Notes under the pieces: model-generated
What the model was told of the DNA's origin: nothing
Seen by the model: the letters and a program-made list of their open reading frames with translations, nothing else
Databases searched by the model: none
NCBI GenBank assembly: GCA_946412245.1
Contig: CAMKGM010000005.1
Span: 2,447-66,446, forward strand
From: an uncultured Bacteroidales bacterium
GTDB lineage: Bacteria > Bacteroidota > Bacteroidia > Bacteroidales > Muribaculaceae
Direction of reading: 5' to 3'
Length of the DNA stretch: 64,000 nucleotides
Part shown: piece after piece, positions 36,133-45,327 of the stretch
Position numbering within the stretch: position 1 is the first letter of the stretch
How the letters are laid out: every line of letters begins with the position of its first letter
Translations under genes and position numbers: made by a program

Positions 36133-39100
36133 ATGAAGAAAACCTTACTTTTACTGGCAGGCGCTGCTATGATGGCACTGGGTGCCCGTGCGGCAACCGG
36201 CGACTACAAGCTGGTGTTCAGCGATGAGTTCGATGGAACCTCGCTCAACACGCAGGTGTGGAACGTTGAGGTTAACGGCAATGGCGGCGGCAACGGCGAG
36301 TTGCAGTACTACACCGCCGGCAACGTGACCGTGAGCAACGGTGCGCTGAACATTACTGCCAAGCGAGAAAACTACGAGGGAAAGCAATTCACCTCGGGTC
36401 GCATTAACACGATGGGCAAGGCCGCTTTCAAGCACGGCAAGATTGAGGCCAGCATCAAACTGCCCGCAACCGCTAATGGCTTGTGGCCCGCCTTCTGGCT
36501 CATGGGCAACGATATGTCAACCGGTACCTCGTGGCCTTATTGCGGTGAGATGGACGTGATGGAAGCCGGTGGCGCTACCGGTATTGCCAATGGCACGCAG
36601 AATCGTTATTTTGCCGGTGCCATGCACTGGGGGCCTTACACGAACGGCAACCACCCCATGTATGCTGCCGACTACACAGCTGCCTACAGTGTGCAAGATG
36701 GTGAGTTCCACCTCTACACCCTCATTTGGAATGAGCAAAAGGTGTCGATGTATCTCGACCTCGATAAGTATCCCAATGCTCAGCCTTATTTTGAGATGAA
36801 CATTGACGATGCTTCGCAAAACAATTCTCCGGGCAACTACTTCCACAAACGCTTCTTCTTGCTGCTGAATCTTGCTGTGGGTGGCTCAGTTCCCGGCATC
36901 TACGACGCTAATGCCATTACCGCTATGAACAATGGTAACCAAGTGATGTCGGTCGACTACATCCGCGTCTATCAGATTGAGGGCGAGGAGAATTATGTGA
37001 CCCACGACGGCACGATGGGCGACGATGAACCCGAAATTGAACCTGACGAAACCACTCAGCTGGGCGCTTATGGCTCGCTCGCATTGGATGAGAATAACCA
37101 TTCCACCTTCGATTTCGAGAATTCTTACGACTATGTCATCATTGGTGCCAGCACCGGCGTGATGGAGCAAATGGGCGACAAGATTCTTGCTAACTACAGC
37201 GTGGACGATGTTACGCATTTCCTCTATATCTGGGATCAAACCTATAATACTGTTTCCACAACTGGTCTGAACTCCTTCGGCCTCAACGAGGGCTGGAATT
37301 CCTACACTGTGGGCAACATTGGATGGTCAGGACTTGGTTATGCCTCGAAAGCACCTGGCAAGAACCTCTCTATGATCGACAGCACTTATATCCTGCACTT
37401 TGCAATGCGTGCTACCGATCCTCTCATGCACACCAACCACGGTTTCTATGTGGGCAATGCCGGCTTCGGCCTCGGTACGGCACCCTTCCAAGACGGTAAT
37501 AAGATTCTGCCCGTTTTGGGCGACTTCAAGCGCGACGGACGCTGGTGCTACTTCGACATTCCCGTGAGCGTGCTTTTGAGCCTGAACCCCACACTCTTCG
37601 ATACTCCCGAAAACTATTTGGGCAATGTTTTCGCCGTGCTTAGCGGTGGAGTAGGGGGCGCACAACTCCAGTTCGATAATGTCTTCTTCTATAAGAACGA
37701 CAACATGGATGTGGAACCTCCCGTTGAAGACACCACAACAGTTGTGGGCCAGTATGTGACTCCTTCGCTCGACAGCAATGGTCAGAGCACCTTCGACTTC
37801 ACTGACGGCTACGACTATGTCATCATCGGTGCCAGCTCCGGCGTGATGGAGCAGATGGGCGACAATATTCTTGCTGACTACAGCGTGGACGATGTGACGC
37901 ACTTCCTCTACATTTGGGATGACACCTATCAGGTACAGCCCACCAGCGGTGTCAACTCCTTCGGCCTCATCGAGGGTTGGAATTCATTCACCGTGGGCAC
38001 TGTCGGTTGGTCAGGCCTTGGCTATGCCTCTAAGGCTCCCGGCAAGGACCTTTCGATGCTCGACAATTCCTATTATCTGCACTTTGCTATGCGTGGTGAG
38101 GATTTACTCGCACACGGCAATCACACCATCGGCGTGGGTAGCGCGCAGTTTGTGGTGGGTAACGCCACTTCAGGGCCCATGATTATTGGTGACTACAAGC
38201 GCGATGGCCAATGGTACAGTTTCGATATTCCCTATAGCGAAATCAAGGCGCTTGCCGGCGAACCCTTCAACGGTGACGGCGGTGTGACAGGTTATCTGGG
38301 CAATGTGTTCAGTGTCCTCAGTGGTGGCGCACAAGGCACTCCACTTCAGTTCGACAATGTGTTCTTCTACAAGAAGCATAGCGATAGCGGGCAACCCGTG
38401 GTCGATGAGGTGCTCGGCAAGTACGGCAGCAAGGCACTTGATGCCAATAACAAGCCCACCTTCGACATTAATGCCAACAAGGATTATGTGCTCATCTATC
38501 TCGGTGATCAAGAAGCCGCTCAAATGGACGGCAAGATACTCGCCGACTACCGTGTGAACGATGTCAATAACTTCCTGTGGATTTGGAGCGGCACTTATGC
38601 TTCCAATCCTACCGACACCTTAATGAACTCATTTGGCTACAGCGAGGGCTATACCTCACTCAATGTTACCAATGTGGGTTGGTCTGGTCTTGGATTCGCT
38701 TCGCAAAATCAAGGCAAAGACCTCTCGATGCTCGATGATACTTATTACTTGCACTTCGCCATGAAAGCAAGCGACGAGGAAGCACACGCAACCCATGCAG
38801 TGGGTGTGGGCGACGCACACTTCGCTATCGGTAACCAGCCATTCAACGACAACGGCAATACCTTTGGCATTCTGGGCGACTACTATCGTGATGGCGAATG
38901 GTATAACTTCGACATTCCCTACAGTGAGATTCAGGCTCGCGCCAACCCGGTGTTTGCCGATCCTACCAACTATTTGGGCAATGTTATCTCGTTCCTGAGC
39001 GGTGGAGTAACCGGCACAGAACTCAACTTCGACGCTATCTTCTTCTATCGCAAAGCCGGTTCGGCTAAACTGGGCGATGTGAACCGCGACGGTGACGTGA

Positions 39101-39243
39101 ACGTGAGCGATGTGACCGCACTCATCAACATGATTCTTGGTGTATTGCCCATTGACGAGGAAGTGGCCAATGTGAACGGTGATGATGGTGTGAATGTGAG
39201 CGATGTGACCATGCTCATCAACATCATTTTGGGAAAAGTTTAA
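36133..39243 (+). CDS. Secreted GH16 beta-glucanase (laminarinase-like) + three tandem ~220-aa domains + dockerin
   Basis: Signal peptide; FSDEFDG, GNGELQYY, WPAFWLMG, catalytic GEMDVME; three homologous repeats ending FDNVFFYK / FDAIFFYR; dockerin GDVNRDGDVNVSD...NVNGDDGVNVSD. Confidence 0.92.
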   Translation: MKKTLLLLAGAAMMALGARAATGDYKLVFSDEFDGTSLNTQVWNVEVNGNGGGNGELQYYTAGNVTVSNGALNITAKRENYEGKQFTSGRINTMGKAAFKHGKIEASIKLPATANGLWPAFWLMGNDMSTGTSWPYCGEMDVMEAGGATGIANGTQNRYFAGAMHWGPYTNGNHPMYAADYTAAYSVQDGEFHLYTLIWNEQKVSMYLDLDKYPNAQPYFEMNIDDASQNNSPGNYFHKRFFLLLNLAVGGSVPGIYDANAITAMNNGNQVMSVDYIRVYQIEGEENYVTHDGTMGDDEPEIEPDETTQLGAYGSLALDENNHSTFDFENSYDYVIIGASTGVMEQMGDKILANYSVDDVTHFLYIWDQTYNTVSTTGLNSFGLNEGWNSYTVGNIGWSGLGYASKAPGKNLSMIDSTYILHFAMRATDPLMHTNHGFYVGNAGFGLGTAPFQDGNKILPVLGDFKRDGRWCYFDIPVSVLLSLNPTLFDTPENYLGNVFAVLSGGVGGAQLQFDNVFFYKNDNMDVEPPVEDTTTVVGQYVTPSLDSNGQSTFDFTDGYDYVIIGASSGVMEQMGDNILADYSVDDVTHFLYIWDDTYQVQPTSGVNSFGLIEGWNSFTVGTVGWSGLGYASKAPGKDLSMLDNSYYLHFAMRGEDLLAHGNHTIGVGSAQFVVGNATSGPMIIGDYKRDGQWYSFDIPYSEIKALAGEPFNGDGGVTGYLGNVFSVLSGGAQGTPLQFDNVFFYKKHSDSGQPVVDEVLGKYGSKALDANNKPTFDINANKDYVLIYLGDQEAAQMDGKILADYRVNDVNNFLWIWSGTYASNPTDTLMNSFGYSEGYTSLNVTNVGWSGLGFASQNQGKDLSMLDDTYYLHFAMKASDEEAHATHAVGVGDAHFAIGNQPFNDNGNTFGILGDYYRDGEWYNFDIPYSEIQARANPVFADPTNYLGNVISFLSGGVTGTELNFDAIFFYRKAGSAKLGDVNRDGDVNVSDVTALINMILGVLPIDEEVANVNGDDGVNVSDVTMLINIILGKV

Positions 39244-39280
39244 CCCAAATCGGTCGTTAGGCGACTAAACCCGAATTAGG

Positions 39281-39387
39281 CTAAACCCAAAGTCTAATGA
39301 CAAAACCGAGTTGGGCTAAACCCAAAGTTTAATGACAAAACCCGAGTTGGGCTTAACCCAAAGTTTAATGACAAAACCCGAGTTGAA
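39281..39387 (+). repeat. Three tandem 35-36-bp units; degenerate copies at ~39241-39280 and 39621-39651
   Basis: ctaaacccaaagtctaatgacaaaaccgagttggg / ctaaacccaaagtttaatgacaaaacccgagttggg / cttaacccaaagtttaatgacaaaacccgagttgaa, contiguous with no spacers. Confidence 0.9.
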
Positions 39388-39423
39388 TTTATAACTCCAA
39401 TAAGCATTAAGTAATATTTGTTT

Positions 39424-39457
39424 CAGGGCCGGCAGCGTGGTGTTGCCGGCCCTGTTT
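39424..39457 (+). terminator. GC-rich stem-loop downstream of the GH16 gene
   Basis: cagggccggcagc-gtggt-gttgccggccctg followed by ttt. Confidence 0.7.
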
Positions 39458-39603
39458 CAGTATGAATCTGCTCCCTGACTCCGCTCCCTGACTCCGCGAA
39501 TGGGATGCTCTGTGCCATGGTGGGTTGCGCCGGCAATTGATATGAAAGTGAGAGAATGAAAAAAATATGTGGAGATTTTATGTGATTATAAGAATAAATT
39601 TTG

Positions 39604-39611
39604 TATATTTG
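39604..39611 (+). promoter_or_regulatory. -7 promoter element upstream of the GH31 gene
   Basis: TATATTTG matches TAnnTTTG; -33 element not clear. Confidence 0.45.
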
Positions 39612-39678
39612 TGCAAATGTTTAACCCAAATCCTAATGACCGAATTGGGTTTATTGAAAACCAAAATTTCACGAAATA

Positions 39679-42075
39679 ATGAAACTTTACAAACCTGTCG
39701 CATTTCTTGCAATTGCCTTGCTGGCAATCCCGTGCTTTGCCATTCAGCGTCAAGCCCAAGTATTTAAGTCTATCAGCATGACCGACGAGGCTCGGCAACA
39801 AGCCATCACGGTGACTGCCATTGAGCACGACATCCTCCGGGTTGACGTGGTGCCCATAGGCGCATCCAAAAGCGACATGCCCTCGCTGGTAAAAGACCGT
39901 CCGAACGCCCTTGTCCCCGATGTCGAGATTTTGAAAGGTCGCGACACGGAGGTGATGAACACGATGACGGGTTTGCGAGTGCTTCTTGACAAACAAAGCA
40001 AGAGCCTCACTGTGATTAGTGGAGGCTCATACGTGCTCACCGACCTGTGCAACCGTGACGACGGCATCCGCCTCTATCATCAAGCAGGGCAGTCGTTCTA
40101 CGGTGCCGGAGAACGTGGCTATTCGTTCAACCTGTGCGGCGACACGCTCATCAACTACAACAAGCAGAACTATGGCTATGTGAGCGGCGAAGCACGCATC
40201 AAGCAGATGGGCATTACCATGCCCTTTGTGATTTCGTCTAAAGGCTACGGCATCTTCTTCGACGACTTCTGCAAATCCTCACTCTATCTGGGCGAGACGG
40301 GCATCGAGTACAAGACCACTTCACCACAACCCGTTTCCTACTACATCATTGGTGGACAGGGCCGTGTGGAGAATGTGGTGAAGAACTTCACCTGGCTTGT
40401 GGGTCGTCAGGACTTGCCACCCCTATGGACGCTGGGCTACATCACCTCCAAGTATGGCTATCACGACCAGCGCGAGAGTGAAGGTGTGGTCGATACGCTC
40501 AAGCGCGAGGGCTACCCGCTCGACGGCATGGTCTTCGACCTCTATTGGTATGGCAAGGAGCAGGACATGGGTCGCCTGGAGTGGGACAAGACTCAGTGGC
40601 CCGACCACCGCGCCATGCTCCGCAACTTCAAGAAGAAAGGAGTGAATGTGGTCACCATTTCGCAACCCTATGTGCTCACCAACGGACGCGCCATCGACAA
40701 CTACCGCGAACTCGACCCCAAGGGTATGTTCTGCAAAACCGATGGCACCGACACCACGCAGACCGTCACCATCTGGGTGGGGCAGGGCGGCATGTTCGAT
40801 GTCTCTAACCCCGACACGCGCTTGTGGCTGCGCAACCGCTACAAGACGCTCACCGATGAGGGCGTGACCGGCTGGTGGGGCGACTTGGGCGAACCCGAGG
40901 TGCATCCGCTTGAAATTCGTCACTACAACGGCCTTACTGCCGAGCAGTACCACAACTTCTACGGCAACGAGTGGAGCCGCATCATCTACGAGATGTTCCA
41001 AGAAGAATACCCCGATCGCCGACCCATGATCATGATGCGTGCCGGCACCGCCGGACTGCAGCGCTACTCGGTCTTCCCCTGGTCGACCGATGTGTCGCGC
41101 TCGTGGGGTGGATTCCAACCGCAGGTCACCATCATGCTCAATGCCGGATTGAGCGGACTGGGCTACATGTCGCACGACGTGGGCGGCTTTGCCCTCGACC
41201 CCGACAAGAAACGCGATGGCGAACTCTACATCCGCTGGCTGCAATTGGGCCTGTTCTCGCCCATGTTGCGCACCCACTCGCAGGATATTGCCGAGCCCTA
41301 TAACTACAAGGAGTATGGCGACCTCACGCAACGCATCATTCGCCAGCGTTACAACTGGCTGCCCTATAACTACAACCTCGCCTATGAGAATACCACTCAG
41401 GGTCTGCCACTGGTGCGCCCGCTGGGCTTCTATGAGAGCGACAACAACATTGCCCGCTACGAGGCCGTCACCGACCAGTATCTGTGGGGGCGCGATGTGA
41501 TGGTGGCTCCCGTGATGCAGCAGGGTGCCGTGAGCCGCGACATCACCTTCCCCGAGGGCACTTGGGTGGACTACAACCATCCTACTCGCCGCTACGAGGG
41601 TCACACTACAGTGAGCTATGATGCGCCCATTGAGGTGTTGCCGCTCTTCGTCAGGGCCGGTGCCTTCATTCCTCAGGCGACTAACAAGATGGAGAATGTG
41701 GGCGACTACAACCCCGACAAACTCGAGATTCGCTACTATGCGAGCAATCAGCCGTCGGAATACACACTCTTTGAAGACGATATGCACTCCACTGAGACGC
41801 TGGGCAACGGCAATCACCGCCTCATTCACTTCAGCGCCACTCCGCAGGCAGGCTCATGCGTTATCACCATTCGAGGCGAGGGAACCTTCCCGGGGGCTTC
41901 GCCCAAGAAGAACTACCGCCTCACACTGCCCGGCATCACCACCATGCCCAAGCAGGTAAAGGTCAACGGCAAGAAGGCCGGCAAGGTGACCCTTGACAAG
42001 CAGCGTGGCATGCTCGTTATCCCGCTCTCTATTCCCAACATCAACAATGCAACTACTGTTGAAATCATTCAATGA
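39679..42075 (+). CDS. GH31 alpha-glucosidase / oligosaccharide 4-alpha-glucosyltransferase-like enzyme
   Basis: Signal peptide; PPLWTLGYITSKYGY; FDLYWYG; nucleophile region GWWGDLGEPE; WSTDVSRSW; HDVGGF; DUF5110-like C-terminus. Confidence 0.9.
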   Translation: MKLYKPVAFLAIALLAIPCFAIQRQAQVFKSISMTDEARQQAITVTAIEHDILRVDVVPIGASKSDMPSLVKDRPNALVPDVEILKGRDTEVMNTMTGLRVLLDKQSKSLTVISGGSYVLTDLCNRDDGIRLYHQAGQSFYGAGERGYSFNLCGDTLINYNKQNYGYVSGEARIKQMGITMPFVISSKGYGIFFDDFCKSSLYLGETGIEYKTTSPQPVSYYIIGGQGRVENVVKNFTWLVGRQDLPPLWTLGYITSKYGYHDQRESEGVVDTLKREGYPLDGMVFDLYWYGKEQDMGRLEWDKTQWPDHRAMLRNFKKKGVNVVTISQPYVLTNGRAIDNYRELDPKGMFCKTDGTDTTQTVTIWVGQGGMFDVSNPDTRLWLRNRYKTLTDEGVTGWWGDLGEPEVHPLEIRHYNGLTAEQYHNFYGNEWSRIIYEMFQEEYPDRRPMIMMRAGTAGLQRYSVFPWSTDVSRSWGGFQPQVTIMLNAGLSGLGYMSHDVGGFALDPDKKRDGELYIRWLQLGLFSPMLRTHSQDIAEPYNYKEYGDLTQRIIRQRYNWLPYNYNLAYENTTQGLPLVRPLGFYESDNNIARYEAVTDQYLWGRDVMVAPVMQQGAVSRDITFPEGTWVDYNHPTRRYEGHTTVSYDAPIEVLPLFVRAGAFIPQATNKMENVGDYNPDKLEIRYYASNQPSEYTLFEDDMHSTETLGNGNHRLIHFSATPQAGSCVITIRGEGTFPGASPKKNYRLTLPGITTMPKQVKVNGKKAGKVTLDKQRGMLVIPLSIPNINNATTVEIIQ

Positions 42076-42123
42076 TAAAACTATAATTGTACTTCAATCT
42101 TTTTGCTTTAATTTAATGTTGTT

Positions 42124-44079
42124 ATGAAAAAATTTTTACTGTTAACATTGTGTTTGGGCGCTGCAATGAGCGCTTGGGCATGGAAACCGCTGCTCGTGGG
42201 GCATCGCGGTTGTAACCTGGGTGTTGAGAACACCGTTCAGGCCTATCAGAACGGTGTCGATGTGTACGGCTACGATGGCCTGGAATGTGATGTGCGCGTC
42301 ACCAGCGACGGCTATTATGTCATCTCGCACGACGAGACTACAACTCGTTTGGGCGGCAATCTCACTGTAGCTTCGGCCACTCTTGCACAACTGCAGGCCG
42401 AGGATTACACGCAAACCCGCAACGGCATTACCTACACCGGCAAGATTTGCACCGTGGCTGAGTATCTTGACATTTGCGTGGCTAAGAATGTGTTCCCCGT
42501 CATTGAACTCAAGTGGACTACCGGCATCAACAACAACGACATGAGCAACTTCCCCGGACTGGCGCAGTTGGTCATTGACAAGGGACTTGCTGACAAGGCC
42601 ATTTTCCTTACCTCAATGAAGCAGTCGCTGCAGTACATTCGCACCAACTATCCCGACTTCAAGTGTCAGTGGCTGTGCAACGCCAATTGGGAGAGCAATG
42701 TGGAGTGGTGCCAGCAATGGGGACTCAACCCTAGCATTGAGGCAGGTTGCTTCGACATTCACACCGTGAAGCGCTTCCATCTGCTCGGACTCCAGTGCGC
42801 CATGTGGACCGCCGACAGCAAGGCCAACTATGAGAAGTATGGCAACATGGGTGTCTACATGATCACGACCAACTCCTTCAATTCGGCCGATGCTACCGAC
42901 ATCCCCGACATTGATTGGGATGCTGTGGAAGATGTGCTTGACCCCCTTGAACTCAAGTGCGACACGGTTTTTAGGCATTGCCGTGCCGATGGCACTATGC
43001 CCGAGGGTTTCCCTTCAGGAATTGAAGGTGAGTCTACTTTCAAACAGGCTCAGCAGGCTGCCATCAAGGACGGCATTTTCTACACCAATGACTATTCGAC
43101 CAAAACCGTGGTCTCTTATGACCGCAACGGCCGCATTGACAATCCTTATCAAGGTACCGGTAGTCAGGGAATATGCTTTGACGATGCCGGAAACCTGATT
43201 TTGCGCAACGACGGTCTCTCGAACGCACCAAACAAGATTCGCGCCTACAAGAATGGTTCAACGGAACCTGTGGACATCAACTTCTTCCTGAATCATGACG
43301 GTCGTGTGCACTTCATCACCGCATCGGGCGACATTTTCTCTGAAGAGGGCGGCTACGTCTATCACTTCCCCAATACTCAGGCCTATGTGGATATGGTCTA
43401 TATTGCCAATGGCGAGCATGTTGCCACCTACTCGAGCTCGGAACTCTCATTTGCAGGTTCTACTGCGGGCATCGTCTATCCCATCGGCACCGACCCCTGG
43501 GAGTTTGTCTATCAGGTGAGGAATAATGGCTATAACTATTACAAAGACGGCGACAAGGGTACTTACATCACGGGTTCGACCGGTACCACCGCTCCGGCGC
43601 GCAACAGCAGCTGTGGCGGCGCTTATTTTGTGTTGGCAGGTCACAAACTGTTCATTCACTCTTCAGGTACCAACTACAACGGCGGTTTCACTGTCAAGGA
43701 TATGAGTGCCGGCTGCACCTCGCTTCTTTCAGTGCCGGTGCTTGGCTCGGGCGGTTACTCTGCTAACCCCTCGGTGGGTGCTTGGTTCAAGGTGGAGCCT
43801 ATCGACGACAACCACTGCTACGTCTATGAGTATTGCTTGGGCAACGGCTATGCGCAGTACCAGCTCTATGTGGGCGATCCCTATGTGGAACCCGGAATCC
43901 CCGGTGACGCTAATGATGATGGCGCTGTGAACGTGCAGGATGTGACAACTATCATCAATTACATCCTGGGCAATAATCCCAGCCCGTTCAACTTCGACAA
44001 TGCTAATGTGAACGGCGACGCTGAAGTGACCGTGCTGGATGTCACCGCAATCATCAACATCATCCTCGGCATTGAATGA
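42124..44079 (+). CDS. Secreted glycerophosphodiester phosphodiesterase (GDPD) domain + uncharacterised beta-rich domain + dockerin
   Basis: VGHRG...ENT...LECDVRVTSDGYYVISHD; IELK; dockerin GDANDDGAVNVQD...NVNGDAEVTVLD. Confidence 0.88.
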   Translation: MKKFLLLTLCLGAAMSAWAWKPLLVGHRGCNLGVENTVQAYQNGVDVYGYDGLECDVRVTSDGYYVISHDETTTRLGGNLTVASATLAQLQAEDYTQTRNGITYTGKICTVAEYLDICVAKNVFPVIELKWTTGINNNDMSNFPGLAQLVIDKGLADKAIFLTSMKQSLQYIRTNYPDFKCQWLCNANWESNVEWCQQWGLNPSIEAGCFDIHTVKRFHLLGLQCAMWTADSKANYEKYGNMGVYMITTNSFNSADATDIPDIDWDAVEDVLDPLELKCDTVFRHCRADGTMPEGFPSGIEGESTFKQAQQAAIKDGIFYTNDYSTKTVVSYDRNGRIDNPYQGTGSQGICFDDAGNLILRNDGLSNAPNKIRAYKNGSTEPVDINFFLNHDGRVHFITASGDIFSEEGGYVYHFPNTQAYVDMVYIANGEHVATYSSSELSFAGSTAGIVYPIGTDPWEFVYQVRNNGYNYYKDGDKGTYITGSTGTTAPARNSSCGGAYFVLAGHKLFIHSSGTNYNGGFTVKDMSAGCTSLLSVPVLGSGGYSANPSVGAWFKVEPIDDNHCYVYEYCLGNGYAQYQLYVGDPYVEPGIPGDANDDGAVNVQDVTTIINYILGNNPSPFNFDNANVNGDAEVTVLDVTAIINIILGIE

Positions 44080-44132
44080 TTGCCTGAACAGTTCCCGGCG
44101 TCATTTGACCGGAGACTCCGCAATACTAAGGG

Positions 44133-44162
44133 GGTGGCACACTTTCGTGCCACCTTCTTTTT
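44133..44162 (+). terminator. Rho-independent terminator after the GDPD gene
   Basis: ggtggcac-actttc-gtgccacc followed by ttcttttt. Confidence 0.8.
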
Positions 44163-44316
44163 GATTAATATTGGTTTTATGGGGGGATGTATAGCTATAC
44201 AATACTTGAGATTCGCAATCATCCCCAAAATCCCTCTAACCCCGCACTTACGCATTGACTATATGTTTTTTTCGTGAAAAGTATTTAAAAGTGATTATGG
44301 TATAAGAAAAAAGTAG

Positions 44317-44324
44317 TACCTTTG
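44317..44324 (+). promoter_or_regulatory. -7 promoter element of the lplA-gcv operon
   Basis: TACCTTTG 21 nt before the lplA ATG. Confidence 0.5.
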
Positions 44325-44345
44325 AAGATTAATTCTTAGATACTG

Positions 44346-45320
44346 ATGAAATATCTTCAATTGCCGAACAATGCCACGAGAATCCTGCCCTTCTATCTCG
44401 CTATGGAGGAGTATGCCGCGAGCATTTTGGCCGATGACGATATTTTCTTCATGTGGCAACCTGCTCCGACGGTTATCTTCGGTCGCAACCAGCTCATTGA
44501 CAACGAGGTGAACCTTGACTATTGCAGGGAGCACGACATTGCTGTCTATCGCCGTAAGAGCGGTGGAGGTTGTGTGTATGCCGACCGCGACAACATCATG
44601 TTCAGCTACATCACCCGTAGCGACAATGTGCAGCTCACCTTCTCGCGCTACACCCATGCAGTGGCCGAGATGTTGCAGGGGCTGGGCTTGGATGCCACCG
44701 ACAATGGTCGCAACGACATCTTGATTGACGGCCTCAAGGTGAGCGGCAATGCCTTCTATCACTTGCCGGGCCGTAGCATTGTGCATGGCACCATGCTCTA
44801 CGACACCAACATGGAGCACATGCTCCACGCCATCACACCGTCGCGTGCCAAGCTGGAGTCGAAGGGTGTGGAGTCGGTCAAGAGCCGCATCACCACGCTC
44901 AGTCAGCACCTCGACATGAGCATTGACGACTTTAAGGCGCATGTGAAGGCCACCTTGTGCGATGGCGAGATGGTGCTCAACGATGCTGATGTGAAACAGA
45001 TTGAGGGCATCATGCAGTCGTACCTCACGCCTGAGTTCATCTATGGTAGCAATCCGCGATGCAATCTCACCCGTGAGGCTCGCATTGAGGGTGTGGGCGA
45101 GGTTATCGTTAAGTTGGAACTGAACCACAATGTGATTCAGCACATGAATGTGGCAGGCGACTTTTTCCTGCTGGGCAGTGTGGACGATGCCATCGTCAAG
45201 CCGCTCACAGGGGTGCAATTCGACCGCGACCATGTGCGACAGGCGCTCGCCGACGTTGACATGGCCCAAATTATTTTGAATTTTAATAATGAACAACTAA
45301 TAAACCTTTTATTCGATTAA
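44346..45320 (+). CDS. lplA: Lipoate-protein ligase A
   Basis: YLAMEEY; IFGRNQ; RRKSGGGCVYAD; GRNDILIDGLKVSGNA; HGTML. Confidence 0.93.
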   Translation: MKYLQLPNNATRILPFYLAMEEYAASILADDDIFFMWQPAPTVIFGRNQLIDNEVNLDYCREHDIAVYRRKSGGGCVYADRDNIMFSYITRSDNVQLTFSRYTHAVAEMLQGLGLDATDNGRNDILIDGLKVSGNAFYHLPGRSIVHGTMLYDTNMEHMLHAITPSRAKLESKGVESVKSRITTLSQHLDMSIDDFKAHVKATLCDGEMVLNDADVKQIEGIMQSYLTPEFIYGSNPRCNLTREARIEGVGEVIVKLELNHNVIQHMNVAGDFFLLGSVDDAIVKPLTGVQFDRDHVRQALADVDMAQIILNFNNEQLINLLFD

Positions 45321-45327
45321 AACAACT

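Noticed and set aside
39281-39387. 36-bp repeats suggesting a CRISPR array
   Set aside because: Units are contiguous with no unique spacers, and no cas genes are in the window.
44160-44345. Glycine riboswitch upstream of the gcv operon
   Set aside because: No recognisable tandem aptamer motifs, and the -7 promoter element lies only ~20 nt before the lplA start, leaving no room for one.
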